DNA from: Ginglymostoma cirratum
Taxonomy: Eukaryota
Length of the DNA: 64,000 nt
Assembly: GCA_024137785.1 (NCBI GenBank)
Contig: JAHRHZ010000266.1
Coordinates: forward strand, 16,499,098-16,563,097
Direction: 5' to 3'
Below, one piece after another: positions 52,124 to 62,409 of this stretch. The notes under the pieces are model-generated. The model saw nothing but the letters and a program-made list of their open reading frames with translations. It searched no databases and was not told the DNA's origin. Numbering within the stretch: the stretch's first letter is position 1; each line of letters starts with the position of its first letter. The position numbers and the translations under genes are program-made.

Positions 52124-53121
52124 CACGGCACACACAGTTTTGACCGGTGTAAGCCAGTGTTTGGACTGTGAAACCTGGCTCCCTCTTCCAAGTGGCAGCA
52201 TCAATAAACCCACAGAATGCTAACTGTGCGATTTCATTCTGACATTGCAACAAAAGGATTTTGCAGTGTAACCTTTGGGAGCTGGATCACAGATGTGTGC
52301 CTTCTTGAATCCGAGCTAAACTAACAGCAGCAGCAAAAGCAGCTAGGGAGATGTGGTGGTTGTAATGTATATTTACCAAATTATTATTTCTGCAGCTGTT
52401 CGATGATGAATGACATGTAGTTTTCAGAAGGCTGCTCATATCACTCAGCTGGAGCTGGTTCCCATGGTGATCTTTTTATATATTCTCCAGACAAGCTTGA
52501 GGATCCCTGTAGTCGGTCTTCCCTTCCCCACACCCAGTGATGCTGGGTCACTGAGACAAGTGAGGGGCAGGGGTTAGATTCTGTTGTTCCTTCAGCTTAG
52601 CTGCCCCCAGAGATTATCAGCTGGATTTACTCCAGTGTACTACATCTCCTCTCTAAGGACATTGTGTACAGACCAAACTGACTCTGCAATGAATAGTTGT
52701 CAGTTATTTTGATGATACAGTGAGAAATGTGGTGAGTTTTGACCCTTTAGAAATAGAAAGGTCCCTGATTTGATCCCTGATCTGTGGTGAAGCCGCTCAT
52801 TTCAGTCAGGATCTTGGTTGGGAGAAATGTAATTGGCCTGGTCCATGAGAGGGGAATGGCAACAATTATTCTGTTTCTCATCACTATCCACTGACCCTGG
52901 ATGAAATGTCCACATTTCAAATGGGGAAAGGGACCTGGAGCCCAAACAATCGAGCCACTGCTTTCAAAGGCCCCATCAAAACTTAACATTCTGTGCTCCC
53001 CACCCCTGTTGAGTAAAGTAGCATCAGTGCAATGCTACACTGAAGTAGACAGCCACAGGATAGACACAGCACATGGGAGATGTGAAGAGGAAGACGATAT
53101 GACTTCTTCAGAAGAGTCTGA

Positions 53122-53264
53122 AGTTCCAAAGAAGAGTCATACTGTACTTGAAACATTAACTCTTGTTTCTGCCTCTACTGATGTGACCAGACCTGCTGAG
53201 TTTCTTCAGCACGTTCTGGTTTTATTTCAGATCCCCAGCCTCCACAATATCTTGCTTTTATTTG
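53122..53264 (+). mobile_element. Decayed family B element
   Basis: agttccaaagaagagtcatactgtacttgaaacattaactct...ccagacctgctgagtttc...cttgcttttattt. Confidence 0.7.
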
Positions 53265-53554
53265 AAGGCAGATTAAGAGGTCAACTTTGGTTCTCTAGGA
53301 TTGTCCCAGTTACCTCCTTAAACCATAGGCCATCTAGCCCTTTCTCTGCTCGTCCCAACACCCCAACCCCTTGTAGCTTTAATTCCTGATTAATATTAAC
53401 TTATTACTGACCCCTGCATTGTGACAGTGACCTAATTGCATTGATATTTATGTCTGCTTCTATTAATGGTTATTTAAAATAAAACCAGCCCAAGTACCAT
53501 GTCCATGAGAGAAGTGGAAGTTTGATTCGCAGCAAAAAGTGGCATAGGTACAAA

Positions 53555-53670
53555 TATGAGGGAGAGATCACGTTCTGAAGAAGGGTCCCAACCCAAAACA
53601 TTGACTATCCTGCTCCTCTGATGCTGCCTGACCTGATGTGTTCGTCCAGCTCCACACTGTGTTGACCTTG
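53555..53670 (+). mobile_element. Family A hammerhead-motif element
   Basis: CTGAAGA (53575)-a-gggt-ccca-accc-aaaacatt plus family A body. TSD ataggtacaaa at 53544-53554 and 53671-53681. Confidence 0.8.
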
Positions 53671-53682
53671 ATAGGTACAAAG

Positions 53683-53779
53683 TTCTGAAGAAGGGTCACC
53701 GGACCCGAAACATTAACTCTGCTTTTCCCTTCACAGATGTTGCCAGACTTGCTGAGCTTTTCCAGCGACTTTGTTTTCA
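53683..53779 (+). mobile_element. Family B hammerhead-motif element
   Basis: CTGAAGA (53685)-a-gggtc-accg-gaccc-GAAA-catt-aactct plus family B body. TSD tacaaag at 53676-53682 and 53780-53786. Confidence 0.85.
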
Positions 53780-53929
53780 TACAAAGATTACTTCTGTGGT
53801 TATAATTTTGATATAAATTGGATTCAGACGCAATGTTCCCCTGCAGGGCTTACATTGTTGTGTTATTTCCACCAGTCAGAAAGTGTCCACATCATAGGCT
53901 AAACTCTGAAACTTGACTGTCTGCATCTT

Positions 53930-55750
53930 CTCGGAGATGGGACTATTACAAGACTATTACAAATCAGACCGTCTACACCTGGGCAGGACTGGAACCAATA
54001 TCCTAGCGGCTGCTTTTGCTAACACTGTTGGGGAAGGTTTAAACTAATGTGGCAGGGGGATGGGAACCAAATGAGAAGGTTAGTGGACAGTAAGGAGCTA
54101 GTGACTAAAGCCTGTAAGGAACTAGATAACGAAGTCAGTGTGACTAAGGGGAAGAGTAGGCAGAGAGCAGATGATGAACACAAAGGGACAGGTGGTCTGA
54201 GGTGCATTTGTTTTAATGCGAGAAGTGTAGTGGGTAAGGCAGATGAACTTAGGGCTTGGATTAGTACCTGGGGGTATGATGTTATTGCTATTACTGAGAC
54301 TTGGTTGAGGGAAGGGCAAGATTGGCAACTAAATATCCCAGGATATAGATGCTTCAGGCGGGATAGAGAGGGAGGTAAAAGAGGTGGAGGAGTTGCATTA
54401 CTGGTCAAAGAGGATATCACAGCTGTGCTGAAGGAGGGCACTATGGAGGACTCGAGCCGTGAGGCAATATGGGCAGAGCTCAGAAATAGGAAGGGTGCGG
54501 TAACAATGTTAGGGCTGTTCTACACACCTCCCAACAGCGAGCGTGAGATAGAGGCACAAATATGTAAACAGATCATGGAAAGATGTAGGAGCAACACGGT
54601 AGTAGTGATGGGAGATTTTAATTTTCCCAACATTGACTGGGATTCACTTAGTGTTAGGGGTTTAGATGGAGCAGAATTTGTGAGGAGCATCCAGGACGGT
54701 TTTCTAGAGCAGTATGTAAATAGTCCAACTTGGGAAGGGGCCATACTGGACCTGGTGTTGGAGCATGAGCCCGGCCAGGTGGTTGAAGTTTCAGTAGGGG
54801 ATTACTTTTGGAATAGTGATCACAATTCCATAAGTTTTAGAATACTGATGGACAAAGACAAGAGCGGTCCTAAAGGAAAAGTGCTGAACTGGGGCAAGGC
54901 CAACTACAGCAAAATTCGGCAGGAGCTGGGGAATGTGGATTGGGAGCAGCTGTTTGAGGGTAAATCCACATTTGATATGTGGGAGGCTTTTAAAGAGAGG
55001 TTGAGTAGAGTGCAGGACAGACATGTCCCTGTGAAAATGAAGGATAGAAAGGGCAAGATTAGGGAACTATGGATGACAGGTGAAATTGTGAGATAGCAAA
55101 GAGGAAAAAGGAAGCATACATAAGGTCTAGGCAACTGAAAACAGACGAAGCTTTGGATGAACATCGGGAAAGTAGGACCAATCTGAAACGAGGAATTTAG
55201 AGGGCTAAATGGGGTCATGAAATATTTTTAGCAAACAAGGTTAAGGAAAATCCCAAAGCCTTTTATTCATACATAAGGAGCAAGAGGGTAACTAGAGAAA
55301 GGGTTGGCCCACTCAAGGACAAAGGAGGGAAGTTATGCGGGGAGTTGAAATTAGAAAGACGGAGGTTGAGGGGGGACCTGATTGAGGCCTACAAAATCAT
55401 GACAGGTATGGACAGCGTGGATGGCAAGAAGCTTTTTCCCAGAGTGGGGGACTCAATTACTAGGGGTCACGATTTCAAGGTGAGAGGGGAAAAGTCTAAG
55501 GGAGATACGTGTGGGAAGTTCTTCACGCAAAGGGTGGTGGGTGCCTGGAACCCGTTACCAGCGGAGGTGGTAGATGCGGGCACGATAGCATCATTTAAGA
55601 TGTATCTAGACAGATACATGAATGGACAGGGAGCAGAGGGATACAGATCCTTGGAAAATAGGCGACAGGTTTAGATAGAGGATCTGGATCGGCGCAGGCT
55701 TGGAGGGCCAAAGGGCCTGTTTCTGTTCTGTAATTTTCTTTGTTCTTCGT
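53930..55750 (+). mobile_element. CR1 LINE with ORF1 end, APE endonuclease and 3' end, RT internally deleted
   Basis: ORF1 C-terminus YKSDRLHLGRTGTNILAAAFANTVGEGLN* (SGNH esterase DxxH motif), ORF2 endonuclease, then a jump at ~55345 to LERRRLRGDLIEAYK, 3' UTR and ttctttgttct tail. Confidence 0.93.
54047..55096 (+). pseudogene. CR1 ORF2 N-terminus: apurinic-type endonuclease domain (349 aa open)
   Basis: Motifs FNARS, AITETWL, GGGVALLVK, FYTPPN, MGDFNFPNIDW, ILDLVL and SDHN. Confidence 0.92.
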
Positions 55751-56379
55751 TCTTTTCAAATGTTTTTTGGCTACTGTGAGTGTTGAGTGCAATTCAACAT
55801 CACTGCTCCAAATATGTTGTCACGTTTATCCTCCACTTTCAAAAGCAATTTCATGAAAGTGTGCCAACTTAGCAGAACACTTTTCCAGTTTGTGGGAGGG
55901 ATGACTGTTGCTCGTAATGATTGTATTCTTCATATTCTTTCACTTTGTGTCAGCCTTCAATGTTGTCCAACCACGCAAGGTGGCAAAACACAAAGTTGAA
56001 ATGAGAATCCATTAGTGTAAAGCATAACTTCAAAGGGAAATAAAGAACTCTTTGAAGGCAAGAATAACAAAGAGATTGTCAGCTCTCCCTGATGTTATGG
56101 TTGATGTATGTCCCTCAATCAACACGCGAAAACATAATCTGTTCGTTAGTACATTGCGATTTTTGGGACTAGACACTGTCAGTTTGCTGGTGTGTCTTTT
56201 GAATTACAACAATGATCACCCATCAAAAGTACCTTTGCTAAGAATATTGTTAGCCAGTGGAATCCCTTCAGATTATTTAGCGTTCTTATGGAGATATATG
56301 CAGATGGAGAATGTGCGGGAAAGTCTGACAGATGTTCACATTGATAGCATAAATGGAAAAACAATATTGTTTTAAGAGG

Positions 56380-57090
56380 TGTGAAACTTTTACTGTTGTC
56401 GTTTAGATAGACTTGTGTCTACTTGTGCAAAGAAAAGGAAGTTAGCATGCAGGTACTGCAAGCAATTAGGAAGACAGATGGTATGTTGAACTTTACCACA
56501 AGGGGATTTCAGTACTGAAAGAAGACAGTCTTGCTACAGTTGTACAGGGCCTTGATTAGACCAATCCTGTGTGCCATTTTGATCTAAATATCTAGGAAAA
56601 GACATACTTGCCTTATTGATGGTACAGCTAAAGATTCACTCGATCAGTTCCTGGGTTGAGAGAATGGTTTTTAGATGAGGGGTTGATAAATTGGGTCTAC
56701 ATTCTCTGGTGTATAAATGAATGAGGGATGATCTCATTGAAACAGACAAAATTCTGAAGGGGATTAATAGGATAGATGCTGGCAGGTTGTTTCCCTGACT
56801 GGGGAATCAAGAAATGCCTCAGGGTAAGAGACCAATCATTTTGGACAGAGAGGAAGAAACATTTCTTGATTCAGAATGTTGTGAATGAATTGCAAATCTC
56901 TGCCCCAAAGGCGCATGGATGCTTCATTGTTTAGGGAATTTGAGGTTGCAAAAATAGGTATTTGATTTTTCTTGGAATCAAGTTATATGGGTACTAGACA
57001 GGAGAACTAAGTTCAGGTCTAAAGTCAGCCATAATATTGAATAAAGGCTGTATGGTCTACTCCTGACTTTATTTCATATACTTTTATGCT
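56380..57090 (+). mobile_element. Decayed CR1 3' fragment
   Basis: agcatgcaggtactgcaagcaattaggaag...ttgtacagggccttgattagacc...atgagggatgatctcattgaaac and 3' UTR. Confidence 0.75.
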
Positions 57091-57886
57091 CTTAGTTGGG
57101 AGATGTGTCTGAGTGCTTGTGCACTGAACAAGTTTAGGTTGGAGTTTGCTTAATTTCAAGAATTTTGTCTCGAAAGTGTACGTGCAGATGCTCGCTTGCA
57201 ATCTATTTTGTGATGGAATGCTCTTCATTCAGAGTCCACATTGTTACGCAAATGGCATGTTTTGACAATACATTGATTTGGGAACTTCTGTTGTAGATTA
57301 AACAATATCAGAACTTTGGAGTAAAATACAGACACTTAGATAATTTATGAGTCCACTGAGTGACTGGATGCTGAGCTGGGAAGTAGATTAGAATTCGGAG
57401 TGGTTTTCATTTGTTGTCAATGGGGTGTTCTTTTGTTTCTTTCTGATGTTCAAGTGAAAGGAATTCTAGCTCATCCATAACGTAATGTTGGCCAAGCACT
57501 TTTTGACAATGGTCAGCGATGAAGATGTTGGAACAGAAGTTCAAGGTAGGCATCAAGGAAGTCCCATTGGCCCAGCAGTAGCTGACCCTGTGCTGTCTTT
57601 ACTGGCGTTAGTTGATCTGGGAATAGGATGACTTATATTTTTCTGAATTTAGATAAGTCAAGAACAAGGCTTATGAATCATGCTGTTTCTGAAGGGAAAT
57701 TGAAAGGTGATTTGGTGTCTGTTATGGGTATTTTAGATGTTTTTCTGTTCTCCCTTCATGAGGCCAAGATACCTCTTTTAAATAACCACAATTACCGATT
57801 CAGATGAGGTCAGAAGATAACAATTTGAGAATGTCTGAGCAATCAGTTCAGCCATGACTGAGATTCCAATTTAGGCCCTTGCTGCC

Positions 57887-58193
57887 ATAGATCATAGAAT
57901 CCCTACAGTGTGGAAACAGGCCCTTCAGCCCAACAAGTCCACACCGACCCTCAGAGCATCCCACCTAGACCCATCCCTCTATAACCCACCTAATCTACAC
58001 ATCCCTGAACACTATGGGCAATTTAGCATGACCAGTCCACCTAACCTGCACATCTTTGGACTGTGGGAGGAAACCCATGCAGACATGGGGAGAATGTAAC
58101 AACTCCACACAGACAGTCGCCCATGGGTGGAATCAAACCCGGGCCCCTGGTGCTGTGAGGCAGTAATGCTAACCACTGAGCCACCGTGCCGCC
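57887..58193 (-). mobile_element. HE1-type SINE (well preserved)
   Basis: catagatcatagaatccctacagtgtggaaacaggccc...gctaaccactgagccaccgtgccgcc. Confidence 0.92.
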
Positions 58194-60542
58194 ACTTCCA
58201 ACCAATTTGCTGCACACAAGATACCATTCGTAATCCAGACAAATGCCAAATGGAGATCTTCCATGCATCTAACCACACCCAGACAGTGCGGCTGGCATTT
58301 CAGGGTCTGTTTTCCGAAGCAAGTTGAAGAAATTCCAGAGACATGAAGAGATGGAAAAAGGCCATGACCACGCAATTTTCTTGAATTGTCAAAATTCTTA
58401 TCGACAAATTGAACCTATTTGAAGAATTTGCTGAGATTGACATAACTGGAAATTTGACGGACAGCTTTCTTACATGGTATTTCTTTCAAAAAAAATATCA
58501 GTTTGCATCTCTTTAAGTTCCATAGAAAAAAAAAAATCAAATGCTGTTTTTAAATGGACTGAACCAGCTGGCTTCCTGCCACTGCAGGACTGAAAACTCG
58601 ATCTAATGCACACATCTGAACAATTTATGACAGGCACACCAACAGAATGTCCAAAGAAATTCAGGCCTTTTCATCTCCAAGTGAGTAGCTAGACTCTCCC
58701 CAAAGGCTGCTGCTGCCTGATTTTCCCATTCAATTACAATGCTTAAATGTTAATATTAATCAACTTTCAGAATTACATCAATATTTTATAGAGCAATTGT
58801 CCTTGGATGCAACTTTGTTTTGACCTAGTTTATAGATGTGTGCATGGATTCTCAGTATTCATCCAATTAATGATAGCTCATGTTATGCCTGCATTATATG
58901 CAACTGTATGTGTAAACCTTCAAAAGTAGAATGTAACGTCCCCGAAAAACTTTGATCTGCACGAGATATCACCACTATGTACAATGAGTCTTTCAGACTG
59001 AAGCTCATCGTCTTGCCAAATTAGGTTATTCCATGCGGAACAATGTGTGACGTGCACAAGTGGCCTTACTATTTCTCACTGTGGGAGGTTGAACCAGTTT
59101 CTTTACCCCTGATAAGCTTCCAATCTGCACCACTTATGAGTGCTTCTCGAGGCATAGGGGTCTGGCGATAGCATGATTACCTTCACTGTGATCCCCTTCG
59201 AGGTTAGGGTACCGGCTGGTACTGTCTGTCTTGGTTGACATATGTGAATGGTCACTGGGATAAGATGGTGGTGAGTGATTTTATTTTATTTTTTGTGGAT
59301 TTATGCCTACACCATGGAGCCTGGGCTCAAGACAAACTGGGCGAGGAGAAGACAAGGTCCAGAAATGTCTTCAGGCTTAGGTTTCTTTATGATTCTTTAC
59401 AACGAAATACACGGTTTTCAGGAGCGCATCAGATTCTGATCAGATTGGTAGATTACAGAAAGTCTGTACCATCGTCTCTGTTGCCTAATGCCAATCAGCC
59501 TACTAGCACGTGCTTATCTCCCCATGCTTCTAGCGTTCACACAGCCAAATTTGAGGCTTCTTCCAAATTCTCTGTGTGTGCTCACTTTTACCTTTAACTC
59601 CACCCACACTATTTTATTTATACTCATTGAGGAGAAGCTCCGGATACCATTACAAGGTTGTTGCAGGGTCGTAGAGCAGAGAATTAATGAGGAATAATGT
59701 AGAATTATGGCAGAATTTTAGAACATGGAATGATGTTAACAGTGACCAGTCCCAGCAGTAATGTGTAGTGAAGCTTTTTGAAGTTGCTTTTAGTGAATTG
59801 AGGTCAAATTCCAGTGGTGTATTTCTTCTGCAACCCTGCCGTGGTTTTGAAGTGATTTATTCCACTCACCTTGTTCTGCTAAATTATACATTTGACACAG
59901 CGGTATGCTTTCCTTTGAGACATAAGTAGAAACTTATGAGGGAGAGGGAGGTGTCTATATCAGAGCAAAGTTCGATTAATATCATAAAAGAAGGAGGTCT
60001 GCACTTAGGAGTTGCTGAAGGAAATGTAAATATTTCCCATTTTGGACCGTGTGTAACTGGCATAGATTTTGTGTAGCTAACATAGATTTTTCAAACTAAT
60101 AAGCAGTTAATCCTGTGATGTGTGCAGACCTCTGCACCAAATTCCTGATGCTCACTCGCACCTGCACTAAACTCTATGAACTGGATAAAAGGAATCAATT
60201 TACTCTTACAGTTTAAAACCATGTTACATAGTGCACTTGCACTAGTTTCCAAACTCCTCGCAGATGAACTGATTTGCTATGGATTGAACCAAATGCAAAA
60301 TTGAAACCTTGATGTAGTAGAGGCTGGCGTTAAGGAAAGGTTTTGCATAGTGATAAAGCATTACATACCCTTTTTCCCTACCACAGCACCCCCCAAAAAA
60401 ATTATCTATAAATGCTATCGATGTGGGAATCAGCAATATATGCTGGCTTTGCCAATGATATTCACTTATGACAAAAGACCATGATTTTAAAAAAAACCAT
60501 TCACACGTGCGCACACACACACACACGCATGGCCCTTGCTGC

Positions 60543-60688
60543 TAAAGGGATCAAGGGGTAGGAAGAGAAATGGGGAGTGGGACACTGAAATTGCATGATC
60601 AACCATGATCATATTGAATGGTGGTGCAGGCTTCAAGGGCCAAATAGCCTAATTTTGCACCTGTTTTCTATGTTTCTGTGTTTCTATC
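60543..60688 (+). mobile_element. CR1 3' UTR fragment
   Basis: taaagggatcaaggggta...gatcaaccatgatcatattgaatggtggtgcagg...ttctatgtttctgtgtttctat tail. Confidence 0.85.
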
Positions 60689-61518
60689 TCTCTTGCGCAT
60701 ACACACTCATACTCGCTCGTATGAGATTATTAGACATCATTCTTGAATATAATTCAACCTCCCTTACCCTCCAGCCCATGGTCTGAGTTAATGGAAGTAA
60801 TCATTTGCTGAACTATTCCATCTTCCAATTCTTAGAAACCTAGGAATTAAGTCGTTTCCAGTAGTAATGACCACTCACTGGGTGTAATTTTGACTTTGTA
60901 AAACAGGTAATTTTAGATCAGCAATCCATTATTCATCACCCACTACCTTTATGAATAAAGGTTATGTGCAAGCGTCCTACGTCAAAATTGCCAGTAATAT
61001 AATTATGTAACATTTCCCAATTTATCTTAAAATTGGCTTCATGTCACGTGACTTGACTCATGGCAATGTGGTGAACTCTCAACTGCCTTCTGGGGAATTC
61101 GGGATGGGCAACCGATGACATCCATAATGCTGTGAATGATCAAAAGTATTAGTGGGCTAAATAGAAGAAATAACACAAAAGTTATAAACGCCAGAGCGTT
61201 AATTGTTGGATTATGTCTTGCAATTTTTGGTGAACAGCGTGATCAGGTGCACATTTTGGAAGGAATTAACACAGGCAACTGATGAATTCTGCACCTTTTG
61301 TTTACAGTGGTTAAAAAGTCATGGCTCGTGCACCCCATCATTTCTTGGTATGCACAGCTAGTGTCTGCTCCTAGAGTGGACAAGCAAAATATTGTGACAC
61401 TATTTACAGAAGTAAAATGCTGCAGATGCTGAAAAACTGACGAAGAGCACGTACCGGAAACACTCAGCAGCCCAGGCAGCTTCAGTGGACAAACAAATTG
61501 AACTACCACATACAGCTT

Positions 61519-61698
61519 GAGATAGTAGAACTGCCGAAGCTGGAGTCAGAGATAACACTGTGTGGAGCTGGAGGAACACAGCAGGCCAGGCAGCATCAGA
61601 GGACATTTCTGAAGAAGGGTCCCGACCCGAAACGTCAGCTTTCCTGCTCCCCTGATGCTGCCTGGCCTGCTGTGCTCCTCCAGCTCCACACCGTGTTG
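61519..61698 (+). mobile_element. Family A hammerhead-motif element with inverted extended tail
   Basis: 61519-61603 is the reverse tail, then cattt-CTGAAGA (61609)-a-gggt-cccg-accc-GAAA-CGTC. TSD ccac(a/t)tacag(c/g)tt at 61506-61518 and 61699-61711. Confidence 0.88.
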
Positions 61699-61867
61699 CC
61701 ACTTACAGGTTGTTGGCATTTGCACTACTGCCCTTTCTTGATCTGTGACCACTGATCTTCAATTGTCCCAAAGGTCAGCAGGACACTTTGGGCCATTCCG
61801 GAGGCTAATTTAAAGACCACCAGTTTCCTATGGATCTGGAGTCGTGTAGGCCAGAGCCAGACAGACC

Positions 61868-62390
61868 GTAAGATGTAAGAGCAGAAATAGAGAGCTCGGT
61901 CAATCGAGTCTGCCCTGCCATTCAATGAGATCATGGTTGATCTGATTGTCCTCAACTACACTTTCCATCCTTTTCCTCACATCCTTTGATTCCTTTACTG
62001 ATTAAAAATCTGTCTATCTCAGCCTTGAATGCTCTTAATGACCCAGCCTCAACAGCCATCCATGTTTAAAGGTCTGCACAGATTCACAACTCACTCAGAA
62101 AAGAAATTCCTTCTCCTCTCTAAGTTAAATGGGTGATCCCTAACTCTGAGATTATGCGCTTCTGCCCTAGTCCCGCAAGAGGAAACAACCTCTGAGCATC
62201 TACCCTGTCAAGCTCCGTAAGAACCTGATAAGTTTCACTACATCTCCTCATGATTCTAATACAAGCCCAACCGACTAAACTTCTCGTCATTAGAAAATCC
62301 CTCCATACTCAGGATCAATTTAATGAACCTTGTCTGAACTGCCTCTCAAACTGTTGTACCTTCCCTTAGGGGGACCGAAACTGTTCATTT
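61868..62390 (-). mobile_element. CR1 3' end
   Basis: taagatgtaagagcagaaatag...ccattcaatgagatcatggttgatc...tctatctcagccttgaat...ctaccctgtcaagc. Confidence 0.85.
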
Positions 62391-62409
62391 GGTTATTTTA
62401 GTTATTTTA

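Noticed and set aside
61437-61465. ctgacga...gaaac on the + strand resembling another hammerhead core
   Set aside because: No stem II can form. It is a decayed reverse-strand family B tail (61405-61495).
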